Below are positions 51,541-63,139 of a DNA stretch of 64,000 nucleotides, piece by piece (positions within the stretch are counted from its first letter, which is position 1; every line of letters starts with the position of its first letter). Origin of the DNA: Felis catus. Its lineage: Eukaryota. The translations under genes and the position numbers were made by a program. The notes under the pieces are model-generated. The model did not search any database. It was given only the letters and a program-made list of their open reading frames with translations, and had not been told where the DNA came from. The stretch lies in NCBI RefSeq assembly GCF_018350175.1, contig NC_058368.1:19098001-19162000 (forward strand), in the 5' to 3' direction.

Positions 51541-51758
51541 AAATAAAGAGACAAAAAAATCAGACACTTAAATATAGAGAACAAACTGATGGTTATAGAT
51601 GAGAGGTAGGTGGAGGATGTGTCAAATAGGTGAAGGGGATTAAAAAGTACATTTATCATAACGAGAGCTGAGGAATGTATAGAATTGTTGAATCACTATA
51701 TTGTACACCTGAAGCTAATATGACACTGTGTGTTAATTATAATGGAATTAAAAAAAAA

Positions 51759-53950
51759 CTTGTTCCTGCAGCAGTTATTAGTAAAATATCCATGTCCCAC
51801 CACCTCAAAGCAGTTGCAAACGTCCCTAGGTTTCTTAGGGTATTCGTGTCCATTTATCCCTCACTTGGCTCAAGTGCTTCAGCCTCTTCACAGATTGGTA
51901 AAAACGGAATCCCAGTGGGACTGGTCCTTAAAGGAAAGAGAAGCATTCAAGCCAAGGTGGCTGTTAAACAGGTCCAAGCCTTAGGTGTTTGTGTATAGGG
52001 ACAACCATTTGAATGGATGCAGCCGGTCACCCAGAAAGGGTTTAGATGGAACTTGTAGCAATGGCAAGGGCACATTAAATGCATACTGTTAGGTTTCCGG
52101 TCACAGTTACGGCAAGGAGCTGGTTGTGGTATTGCATTTTAGAACACCTGTGTGCTACTTACCAGGCCTTACAGCAAGTAGAAGACGTGACTAAAAGAAT
52201 CCCAGTGACCATTCGCATTCAGTACCCTAGAGCAGGAGGGCTAAAGGATACATTTCAAGAGTCCAAGTCAGGCATTGCCCAAAAATCCAGACTGTAGCCA
52301 AATGGCATGTCTTCTTGCAACAACATAGTACCTTGATAAACATCCCTCTTATTGTAGATCTGTACTCCATTCTTGGCCTTGTGACTCATGTCACCTCTGA
52401 AGGATAGCCATTAGCTAGCTGAGGCAGCAAAGCCACCGCAGCTGCCACTCTTTATGCAGAAAGGAGGTGGACCGATCCCTGAGCATGCCTGTACACTGAA
52501 GAGTCAACAAGAGGTGACCCCTGCACCTTGACAGCTATTGCCATCCAACCCTCAACTGAAAGTATCTGGAAAGATTCTGGCACTGGACACAGTAGCCCAC
52601 TGCAGTGGGCTGAATTGCAAACAGCATAGATGGTATTGTTCCATGAGCCTGATTCCACTGTTCTATGAATAGATAGCTGGGAAATCTACAAGGGACCAGC
52701 CATTGGCTTCTCCAATGGGAGGCACAGGACTAGATGGTGGCAGGGTGACCACTTTGGGAAACAACATGTAGAACTCCAATGCACATGAGGTAAACATTAC
52801 TGTTTACCATGTAGATGCACACACCTCACCTGGTAATCGACAGGCTGATGAATTGGGCTGCATCCGCCTCCTAGAAGACATTCCAATGGAAGACACTGCC
52901 ACCTGGCTACACAACATGAGAAATCAAGGACAACAGACGTTGTGGGCCATTGCTAAGAACTGGGGCTTGCCGCTGCATGACAAAGACATTGCAACCATCT
53001 GCCAAGAAGGCCCAACCTGTGCCCAGGATTGACTATGACCTTTACTGAGAGACACCAGACAGATAGTGGGGAGGGGGGCACCTCATTCAGAGATGGAAGA
53101 TTGACTATATTGGTCCCCTGCCTCACTCTGATGGCTGCTGTTATGTTTTGACATGTGTGACACTTATTCAGGACACCTGCAAGCCAACCCCAGTAAATGT
53201 ACCACACAGAGGGCCACCATCTGTGGCCTGGAATAGCTGTGTGCTGCATACAGGGTGCCCACTGACCCTGACAGCAATCAAGTCTCCCACTTCAGAGGAC
53301 ATGAAGTGCAAGTGCGGGCAAAAGCTCAAGACGTCCATTGGCATTTCCATCTACCATACAATCCCACCCCAGCTGGGTTGATAGAATGCAGGAGTGGCCT
53401 GTTGAAACAACTAACTAGAAACCCATTCACTGGCCTTTTGGACACATCACCTGTCAACAGCTATATGGACATTAAACAAACGTACATTCCAGTCGACCCA
53501 GTGCCTATACTCACGCAAGGGCCTGATGTCACCCTTAGAAATATAAGTAGACAGCATGCAGGAAAGATGTTCTTTGCTGCAGGTAGGCACACAAGGGAAC
53601 CTTTTACTGCCCTTGCCACAAGATCTATTTACAGGGGAACATGTAATTGCCTGTCCCTGGAAATGGCAAACAAGTCCACAGTGTTTTGGGTTTTTGGCCC
53701 TATAGGGATAGGGATAGAACAGGTCCTAACCATCACCCCATTTCTTCACCCCACTCCACTGAAAACAATGAAAACATCCCTAGGCCTCTCATAAAAAAGG
53801 GACACTATCATAATTGCCTTATGGAGCATTGTTTTACCCCCATAACCTTTTCAGATTTGACCCACCTTGTAGCAGAAGGGGAACAAACAATTTGGTACTG
53901 CAAACCTGGAGCTAAACTGCAGCCAAGGGTGGGGTTATTTCAGAACACCA
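51759..53950 (+). mobile_element. Class III ERV (ERV-L/HERV-S-like) pol remnant: RT thumb, RNase H, integrase
   Basis: KQLQTSLGFLGYSCPFIPHLAQVLQPLHRLVK; QWAELQ (about 52604); VYHVDAH (about 52802); WKIDYIGPLP (about 53093); HWHFHLPYNPTPAGLIE..GLLK. Multiple stops and frameshifts. Confidence 0.9.
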
Positions 53951-53959
53951 CCACTTCCT

Positions 53960-55145
53960 GCATTCTATTAGACAACTGAGACTTTCCTTTTCTGGTGCCT
54001 ACTCAACAGCTTACTTTTTGCCCTTAGATTCTGCATAAGAAACCTGTTTACTGAGTGGGCCCTGACTATAGCTTCTCTACAGAATAAGACCAACTGTTGG
54101 GTGTATAGTGAACTCCCCCTATCAGCGACTGTGGGCCTCCTCTGGGGAATCCAAGCCACCAACCTCAGCATTTGGGAAGGCTTCTACCCTTGGTGTAACA
54201 CCTTTAGGGCCCCTACCCGGACTGACCCATATTCACTAAGTGTTCAGGCTTCCCACCCAGAAAGACACAAAGGACAAAATTTTCCAATTGATATGGGAAT
54301 AAATAAGACTCTGCCAATGGAATATGCCATTGGGAAGGCTTGGAATGATTAACTGCAACCCAGGTGCAAATTATGGGAGTGGCCCCATGGTGCATAGTGA
54401 GGCGCAACAGGACCACAAATGCTATAGGTCATAACGTAGGATGGACATGCACACAACAATGCAATTAACACTGTACTCATCACTGATGATACTTGGCTGT
54501 GGAAACAACATGCATCCGTTCCTGTGGGTGCCTTCCTCTCTCTGTGGGGATGGTTCTGGGCATGTGGTACTCATGGCTGTCCCTACTTAACCTATAACTA
54601 GACTAAGTGCTGCACCTAGGGGTGGCCCTACCTGCCAGGCTGTATACTCACCCAGTTACAGGAGAAGCCTACCAACTGGGAGGTGGTCAGGGCCCGATAT
54701 AGAACCAACAGATCATCTTGATGGTTCCATCCCCTGTCCACTCTCTCCCCTCTGTGGCCACAACTGACATAAAATGGTGGGTACAGACCTTAGCCAAATG
54801 CATGGTTGCCACCTTTAATTCCACGCATAAGGTAATCATCCTCCTTACCGGGGAGGGTTTCCAAATGAGAAAAGTAGTTCTGCAAAGTAGGATGGTTTCT
54901 GACATATGTCATCATCAAGGCAGATTGCAGCACGTATATACCTGACTATTCCACATTTCTCAAGCCATGGCTAGTTTAAACACAGATATTAAAGCTATTG
55001 ATTCCCTGGACACTGGTCTTGCTAGTGCTTGTTTAAATAAAGCACTTGCCTTCTTCCTGGAAAAATGTTTTTTGTAGTTTCTTAGCTATTTGTGTTCTAT
55101 CATTTGGATGTTGTGGCTTATACTGTTGCTGTGGGATTTGATTGC
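53960..55145 (+). pseudogene. Defective gamma-type retroviral env
   Basis: NKTNCWVYSELPLS (CxxC-like, 54083-54124); RTNR furin-like site 54701-54712; ISD-like LQSRMVSDI (54880); C-IIKADCSTYIPD (CX6CC-like); membrane anchor and tail WKNVFCSFLAICVLSFGCCGLYCCCGI (55058). Confidence 0.88.
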
Positions 55146-55193
55146 AGCGCACCTCAGCATACCTGGCCCCAGGAACATCATGGAAGAGGAGCA

Positions 55194-55477
55194 CGTAAAG
55201 AATGTACAGGCCATTCAGGGTGTGCTGGGATGAGTATATGGTACATGCTGGATAGCTAGTTCATGCAAGCATAACCCAAATGCCTGTTAATCACTATCTT
55301 GAGAATGTAGAGATCCCATCCTCCCTCCATATTCCTATCAAGCAGTATATGCAGAAAAAATGCTGTTCAGTGTTCAAAGTCAGGGGCTCTGGGGCACCTC
55401 CCTTATAATGAAGGGTGTCCTGGCGGCAGGCCTCGATCTCCTTAAAAACACTGGCCATGCAAGGAAGGGAAGGGCCA
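55194..55477 (+). mobile_element. Putative LTR of the class III ERV
   Basis: Follows env and a purine tract ggaagagga (about 55182-55190) and ends in CA. No clear AATAAA; boundaries uncertain. Confidence 0.5.
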
Positions 55478-55524
55478 CTGGTGGCTGCGGATACTTAACT
55501 GACTGATCCACCCAGGTGGTGATG

Positions 55525-56050
55525 CCCCAAGATTCAGCAATTCTATTCCTCAGTATTAACCAAAGATAAATGAAACTTATGTCTACACAAAGCTTTGCTC
55601 ACAAATGTTCATACCACGTTATTTGTAACAGGCCCAAACTGGAAATAATACAAATGACCATTAATGACTGAATGGATAAGAAAATATGGTTATGTTCAAA
55701 TAGTGGAATACAAGTCAGGAACAAAAAGAAACAGACTACTGACACATGTATTAATATGGTTAAATCTCCAATACATTATGCTACATGGAAGAGGCTACAA
55801 TTCTGCTCAAATCCATTAAATAACATTCTGGAAAAGGTAACACTATGAGGACAGAAAACAGCAGTGATCGCCACAGGCTGGGTTGTAGGAGGACCTGAAC
55901 ACAAAGGGACTTGAGAAATTTTAAGGGCATGTTAGAATCATTCTTATCATGATTATGGTGGTGGTTACATGAATGTATTAGTCAAAACTCACAGAATTGC
56001 CACAAAATGCATGAAATTCATCACATATAAGTTGTATCTTAAGTTAAAAA
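55525..56050 (+). mobile_element. Old L1 (L1MC/MD-like) 3' end
   Basis: cagcaattctattcct, aaatgttcata, ggtggtggttacatg, gtcaaaactcacagaa. Confidence 0.8.
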
Positions 56051-56249
56051 AATGTCTTAGTGTGCTGTAAATTGTACTTTAATGTGTGAAAACTGTAATG
56101 TTTTCAACAAGCTAGTAAAATCATGGAATAAAATAGATTCTGGAAGCAACAAGTATGCAAAGATTCATAATATAATAGAAAGGGATTTTATAATAGAAAG
56201 GGATTTAAAAATCATTGAAAAAGATAAATTTTTTCAATAAAGGGTTAAT

Positions 56250-56450
56250 TGATTCAACCAAACTCATTGAATGCCTACTATGTGCCATGGAACTGCTTTA
56301 GACACTATACAGATAGCAATTAAAATAGAAAAAAATTTATTCCTTTATTGTGCTTGCATTCTTGTTGTGAAGATAGACCATAAATACAGTAAATAAGCAA
56401 GTATCATCGTAAGTTATAGGGTGATAAGCACAGTAAAGATAATTAAAATG
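56250..56450 (-). mobile_element. L2 3' fragment
   Basis: cattgaatgcctactatgtgcca...gcttgcattct. Confidence 0.65.
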
Positions 56451-57366
56451 GGGCAAAGAAAATGGAGGGTGATGCAATTTTGACGTGGGAAAACTAGTAG
56501 TCATGTGGGAGAAAAATAGATTCCTACACTTTATACCTTAATGCAAAATAAATTCTGGGAAGATGTTTCATTTAAGTGTAGAAAATAATTTCAAAATATA
56601 GTAGAAATTTTGGTGTATATATGAAAATCTTGAGTAGATACTTTCTAAGTATGACCCTAACGGCATGAATCATAAAGTATAGATATATTCTATTGCATGA
56701 AAATTATAAGTTTCTGTATAGTGAAAAGCTAGAGAAACTGGGAAAAATTACTTGCCCTATATAGAATATAATAAAGATTGATATATTTAAGTTTTCAATC
56801 CAACAACAGAGATACAAAACACAATTTTAAATGGGCAAAGGTATTTTGCCAACAAAGAAATTCAACTCTACGAAAAAAGTATGTCAAAGAGATGTACATT
56901 AGAACAAACATATTTACTAATATTGATAAGATCAAAGATGACTAGTGTGGGTAGGGAGGAAATGCATACCTCTGTATCTTGGTGTAGGAGAGCTTATCAA
57001 TATCAATAGCCTCATAAGCATTTCTTTTGACACAGAATTCCACTTCTAAGAACTTATCATAAGGAAATGATAACACACAGAGATTTGGTCTCAAATATTT
57101 GTCACTTTCTGCAACAGTAAAAGTTGTAAACGATGTCCAGCTATATCTATTTAAATAAATTATGGCACATCTACGCCATGACAAATTTATTACACAGCTG
57201 TTAAAAATGTTACAGTAAATCAACTCAGCTATTGGCAGAACCTCAGTAAAAATTTTGAAATGTTAAAAATATATAATCAAATGTATATGTGTATTTTATT
57301 AACCTGGAAATATATTCATAATACATCACTAAGGAACAAATGTATTTTTAAACACATATAAGCATG

Positions 57367-58388
57367 GCAAAAATAAACTATTGGGACTATATGAAAATAA
57401 AAAGCTCTGCGTAGCAAAGGAAACAATCAACAAAACTAAAAGGCAACCTATGGAATGGGAGAAGATGTTTGCAAGTGACATAGCTGATAAAGGGTTAGTA
57501 TCCAAAATATGCAAAGAACTTCTACAACTCAACACTAAAAAAAAACAAGTAATCCAATTTAAAATGGGCAGGAGATATGAACAGACATTTCTCAAAAGAC
57601 GACATACAGATGGCCAACAGACACTTGAAAACATGCTCAACATCCCAAGGCATCAGGGAGATGCAAATCAATGAGATAATACTTCCCACTGTCAGAATGG
57701 CTGGAATCAATAACACAAACAACAAGTGTTGGTGAGGATGTGGAGAAAAAGGAATGCTTATGCACTATTGATGGGAATGCAAACTGTACAACCACTCTGG
57801 AAAACAGTATGGAGTTTCCTCAAAATATTAAAAAAAAGAACTACACTGTGATCTGGTAATTGCACTATAGGGTATTAGCCCAAAGAATATGGAACACCAA
57901 TTTGAAAAGATATGTGCACCCCTATGTTTACTGCAGCATTATTTACAATAGCTAAGATATGGAAGCAGCCCAAGGGTCCACTGATAGATGAATGGATAAA
58001 GAAGATGTGTATATACATACAACGAAATATTATTCAGCCATAAAAAGAAATGAAATCTTCCCTTTTGCAATGACATGGATGGAGCTAGAGAGTATAATGC
58101 TAAGTGAAGTAAGTCACAGAAAGACAAATACCGTATGATTTCACTCCTATGTGGAATTTAAGAAACAAACAAAGGGGAACAAAGAGACAAACCAAAAAAC
58201 AGACTCTTAACTGGATTACCAGAGGACAGGTTGGTGGGAAAATGAATGACCTAGGTGAAGGGGATTAAGAGTACACTTATCATGATGAGCACTGAGTAAT
58301 ATATAGAACTGTTCAATCACTATATTGTACACCCGAAATATAACACTGTATGTTAAGTACATTGAAATTAAAAAACTTAATAAAAAAC
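57367..58388 (+). mobile_element. 5'-truncated carnivore L1 3' end
   Basis: ORF2 C-terminus (KETINKTKRQPMEWEKMFA) plus 3'UTR and tail; TSD-like at(a/g)taagcatg. Confidence 0.92.
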
Positions 58389-59019
58389 AAATGTAAGCAT
58401 GATACCTTATCCATAAACAAACCATGTATAAAGAACCTAAAATAACAGGTTTCAGAAATTAAGAATTACTATTTATGGGTAGATTTATTGCTTGTCTGTA
58501 TTTTCTGATTTTCCTAATAGAACTTTTGTTGTGTTATTTTTGGCTTTTAGCATACAACTTATTTATGGTGTTTTAGTTTTTTTTTTTAATTTTTTTTTCT
58601 TTTTCTTTTCTTTTTCTTTTTTTTTCATGGTGTTTTAGTTTTAAAAACACTTTTACACCTATTATTTACTTTTATTATTAGTTTTTAATTATGTAACACC
58701 CAGTAGATAGGTACTGTAGATAGAAATGTACCAGTTTACAGATGGATGATCTAAAGTTTAAAGAGATTTAGTGAGTTCCCAAGTGCCAGGTGAATCTTAG
58801 ATGCCAAAGCCGAGCATTAATTTCAGCTCCTACTCCAAATCTAATAACACCTCCCTGGCTGAAAACACCAGTGTATCTCACAGGGATTAATGCAAATACC
58901 AGTATCTATGCAATAAGTGTTTGCAATTTAAAAAACAAAACAAACAAAACCCCACTTCATTTTGTTTGGAGGAGGTAAGAAGGAAATGCTTGCCTTGCTC
59001 AGTCTATTCAAAATTTGCC

Positions 59020-59675
59020 CCTCTCTTTTTTTCCCCTTTGCGTGTTTTGTTTCTTAAATCCCACAAAGGAGTGAAATTGTATGGTATTTGTCTTTCTCTA
59101 ACTGACTTACATTGCTTAGCATTATATTCTAGCTCCATCCATGTCATTCAAATGGGAAGATTTCATTCTTTTTTATGGCTGAATAATATGAATAATAATA
59201 ATATGAATAATATTCATATTATGTAGGTGTGTGTGTGTGTGTGTGTATCTTCCACATCTTCCTTATCTATTCATCAATCAATAGACACTTTGGTTACTTC
59301 CATAATTTGGCTATTGTAAATAACACTGCTATAAACACAAGGGTGCATGTATCCATTTGAATTAGTGTTTTTGTATTCTTTGGGTAAATACCCAGTAGCG
59401 CAATTGCTGGATCATAGGGTAATTCTATTTTTAACTTTTTGAGAAACTTCCATACTGTTTTCCACAGTAGCTGCAAACAGACTTTTAACTGAGGGGAGGT
59501 GGGTTACCAGAGGGGAGGTGGGTAGGAGGATGAATTAAATAGGTGATGGGGATTAGGGGTGCATTTGTCATAATGAGCATAGAGAAATGTATGGAATTGA
59601 TGGATCATTGTATTGTACACCTGAAACTAATATAACACCATATGTTAACTACAGTGGAATTAAAAACTTAAAAAA
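59020..59675. mobile_element. L1 3' insertion with 5' inversion (twin priming)
   Basis: Minus segment 59020-59475 joined to plus segment 59476-59675 with tail; TSD-like aaa(a/c)tttgcc. Confidence 0.85.
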
Positions 59676-60587
59676 CTTTGCCTCAGTCCTGGGCAGAAAA
59701 TGTATAGCTAATATCAAGACCTAAAATTTAATTAAATAGCAGAGTTTACTCTTCAGTAATGGCCCATGATAAAAAGTCATAGAAAATGGAAATGAATTCA
59801 TGGGTAGTCTGGAGTACTATTTGGATTCATTAGTTTCCCCCTTATTTTCCATGTAATCTTTGTCTAGATAGCAAGCAAATTACAGCAGTGACCAGTTAAT
59901 GTCCTCTTCAGCACTACTCACTCTCCAACATATTGGCACAAACTGCTAAATGGTCAAATAAGTGGCCAAGAGGAAAGCAGAAGAAAAATCTCATGAATAT
60001 TTCTGCAGTTCCAACACATGTGATTCTAAGAACATATTGTTACCTTGCCATGGGTACATAGTAAAAATGCCTTCAGGTCAAGGGCAATAGGAAGTACTTA
60101 CTCTCAGGGAGATTACTCAGAAACAAGTCAAAATTAACAAAATTCCAGTGAGCATGAAGAGGCCTTTAATCAGAAAACTGTGTTCACTTGTGTTCTGGGT
60201 CCCATTTGCTCATAGACAAAATTAACAAAACTGGGAACCAGAATATATCCAGAAAAAAAAAAAAATGAGAAAGGAACACAACTAAGGAATAAGTAGAATT
60301 CTGCAATCCTCTGTTAAGAAGAAACTTTATAATAAAATTAGTGTCTATTCAGAATATTTTCACATTTTTTAACTAGATGAACATTTATTTGTGAATGTGT
60401 GAAAATAATTCTTTCAAGCATGGTACTTATCTGCAAATTGAAGTTGAGTCATTGTTGTGTACTCTCCCTCTCAAACATTTTGATACCTTTCCATAGTTCT
60501 TCTCTTTTGCCTCAACACAAGCTCTACCTTTGCAAAGATAAGAAATCCACTGATGACCCCCCTCCTCCAAACTTCAAACTGACTTAC

Positions 60588-60656
60588 TCATATGAATTGA
60601 GAAAGCCAATGTCTTCATCATCATCATCATGGAACCTGGAGAGTCGTTCCACTATA
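60588..60656 (-). CDS. TPTE2: TPTE2 exon (IVERLSRFHDDDDEDIGFLNSY)
   Basis: ttaaag|TATAGTG...TATGA|gtaagt; 69 nt; matches human SMLERLSKFEVEDAENVASYD. Confidence 0.88.
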
Positions 60657-60864
60657 CTTTAACCACCAACAAATGCAAAAACATGTCATTAGAAATTTGC
60701 TACATGGATGAGCGATGTGAAAATGTATTTGAACAAGAATTCCTTGAATCTAAAGGATATAGCAAACATGACTTAGCTCACTGGATGGCCTAAATTTTTA
60801 GGAAGAATTTTAGACTTATTGTTCAGAAAACTGTATTCTCATGGATACTTCCAAATCTCTCTAG

Positions 60865-61023
60865 TTTTCTCTTCCCCTCCCCCATCCCGTCTCTCCCTCA
60901 TCCCTACCCTCTACCCCTCTCCTTCCCCTTCCCTCCCCCACCCCCCACTTTGTCTCCTTTCTGTCTTCTGCCTCTTTCACCCTCTTTGTCTTTCTTGGGT
61001 GTGCGCTCGCTTGCGCGCGCGCG

Positions 61024-61061
<38 letters not shown>

Positions 61062-61064
61062 CAT

Positions 61065-61101
<37 letters not shown>
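60865..61101. repeat. Low-complexity cluster: C/T-rich tract, (CG)n, (TC)n, (TA)n
   Basis: Directly visible. Confidence 0.95.
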
Positions 61102-61104
<3 letters not shown>

Positions 61105-61490
61105 GATCCAAATAAATGACATCAGTAGTCTTTAATGCACCATCGTTGAGAGGTAAAATATATCACAGTAGTCAAATACTTCCGATGCCACTTTATTCAA
61201 GTCAGTGTGAAGGATTAAAAATGTACATGGAGCTAAGTGAGTTCATAGACTTACTTTTTTTGGTTGAAATTGATACATTTGCTATAGAATATATAAACTA
61301 ATTGAACTCTTAAAAATATGTCGATTAGTTATTTGGAATCTGAGTCCCTCCCACCACCTTCTACTCTTCACATATCATGGATAACTTGGATAGGATGTAC
61401 ATAATTGTTAGAAACAAGGACTTCATAACTAATTTGACCTCATAGACTTTAGTATCCCCCTTCCTCTCTCTGTATATATTTATATCTCAC

Positions 61491-61544
61491 CTTTCCTTGG
61501 GTGCTTTAACACAGGTTACTCTTTTCAACTCACTTGAGTCATAG
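61491..61544 (-). CDS. TPTE2: TPTE2 N-terminal 54-nt repeat exon (YDSSELKRVTCVKAPKE)
   Basis: cccttag|CTATGAC...GAAAG|gtgaga. Symmetric 54-nt exon resembling the N-terminal repeat exons of human TPTE/TPTE2 (ending APAKES). In frame with the next exon. Confidence 0.75.
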
Positions 61545-62352
61545 CTAAGGGATTTAAAATGCACATTGTAAGACTCCATGTCTTTCTAGGCTTATTTTTA
61601 AATGCAAATTAGTGTCAATTACTCTAGATTTATAATCTGGCTGACCTAAGAATATAACATCCTAATCAGTTCATTGAAACCAGGTATATAATATTTCCCT
61701 AGAAACTAACTTTACATGTTTGTAATGAAAATCTTAGTCCTGTAGAAAAAATTTATAAAATCAAGTTTATGTATACTTCTTTTAATCCCCAAATATAATA
61801 CCATTTTGTGGTTAAATTTGCTTCAAATTGAACCTCAGTCTGTAGATACTAATCTTGCTTGCCCTTGTAATTTTCTGTCTTAACTCCCTACACCACCTAT
61901 TAACCCTTCAAGAATCATAGAGGTCTTTCCTGCACCTCAGAAAGGATCAAATAACTCCTGACCTGAGTTAGGGGCTGCCTCCAGTGTGATAGTGGGTTTG
62001 GGTTTTGTGCTGAGGGTTCCTCTGCTCCCTGTCCACTGCTGATTCCTCCTTGCTCCAAATTCAATTCTGTCCTCTCTTGGCCCCATACACTCAGGGGGTA
62101 TGTCATCTCATACCTGGGCAATTTCATAGTTTCCTAAGTGTTTTGGCTGCTACAAAAAGTAACAGACTATTTCCTTTTATGACCTGGTCTCCTTGCCCCA
62201 AATAGATCCAGAAAAGAAAGTTACTTTCTGAAGCTTGCAAAGACTTGAGATAAAGTGTCAAAGAAACTCTGTATTGCCATGAGCACTTTCCTGAATGAAC
62301 TTCACAAATCTCAGTATCTCCCTTCCTCTATCTCCATGTATTTATATCTCAC

Positions 62353-62405
62353 CTTTCATCAAAGGGTCAACACTAGTTACTTTTTTCCCCTGACTTGGGT
62401 CATTG
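62353..62405 (-). pseudogene. Duplicate of the TPTE2 N-terminal repeat exon, 53 nt (frameshifted pseudo-exon or UTR exon)
   Basis: ctttag|CAATGAC...GAAAG|gtgaga. Aligns to exon 61491-61544 with a 1-nt deletion. Flanking intron sequence is also duplicated. Confidence 0.7.
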
Positions 62406-62699
62406 CTAAAGGATTAAAAATGCACATTTTAAGACTTCACATGTCTCTCTAGATTTGTTTAATTTTTATATGAAAATTAGGTACAATTTGGCTACAATTT
62501 GTACTCAAGTGGACTTAAAAATAATTTAATCAGCCTTGGATACCTGGCATTCAATGTTTCCCTACAAATGAGGCTTTATATGCTTAAAATGAGACTCTTA
62601 CTCCTGTGGACAAAAACTTAATAAATCAAGTTTGTGTACATTTTCTTGACTCCTGAATCTTCTCCTTGCTCCAAAATGGGTTTATCTCCTCTCTTTTTC

Positions 62700-62924
62700 T
62701 ACTTTATTTTTTTAAGCTTATTTATTTATTTTGATAAAGAGAGCACGAGAGAGCATGAACAGGGGAGGAGAAGAGAGAAAGAGAGAAAGACAGAGAATCC
62801 CAAGCAGACTCCATGCTGTCAGTGCAGAGCCCAACACGGGGCTTAATCCCGGGAACCATGAGATCATGATCTGAGCAGAAATCAAGAGTCAGATGCTTAA
62901 CTGACTGAGCCACCCAGGTGCCCC
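62700..62924 (-). mobile_element. Can-SINE
   Basis: Reverse SINE inside the second tandem unit. Confidence 0.92.
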
Positions 62925-63139
62925 TTTGTTCCGCTTCCGTTAGAGTCTCATACATGGGGCATTTTGACAATTTCCTAGGGGTTTGGGTGGCCACTAGCTA
63001 AGGCTGACAAACAGGAGAGGAATAAGATGCATCCCCTCATGACCTGTTTCTCTTTTATCCAACTCTGTCTAAACTGGAGACAAAGTCACTTTCGTATGCC
63101 ACAGTAATTTGGAAATGGTGTCAAAGACTCTCAGTGTCT

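Larger units (their letters stand above)
44468..51758 (+). mobile_element. Near-full-length inactive carnivore L1
   Basis: 5' end gagacttctaggaagatg, with 5'UTR related to the L1 at 3045. ORF1 fragment 46248-46463; ORF2 fragments 47874-51127. 3' tail tataatggaattaaaaaaaaa. No TSD found. Confidence 0.94.
13086..61544 (-). other. TPTE2: TPTE2/TPIP (voltage-sensing phosphatase) gene, partial: 11 coding exons, 914 nt spliced, open frame
   Basis: Spliced translation: YDSSELKRVTCVKAPKES IVERLSRFHDDDDEDIGFLNSYD MIKRIVYSLVSSLTFR IFGILLIFVD...LRVYVEG IRLYFSG...[158 protein letters not shown](G). All introns are GT-AG with compatible phases. Confidence 0.96.

Noticed and set aside
3045..51758. Retrotransposition-competent L1
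   Set aside because: All four long copies have fragmented ORF1 and ORF2; no L1 ORF in the track exceeds about 160 aa.
53960..55145. Co-opted syncytin-like env gene
   Set aside because: Multiple stops, frameshifts and damaged CxxC, furin, ISD and CX6CC motifs; not an intact ORF.
61915..62127. 70-aa minus-strand ORF as the TPTE2 first coding exon
   Set aside because: Lies in the intronic part of the duplicated cassette with no TPTE similarity. Its CAG|gtcagg site is phase 0, which is incompatible with the next exon.
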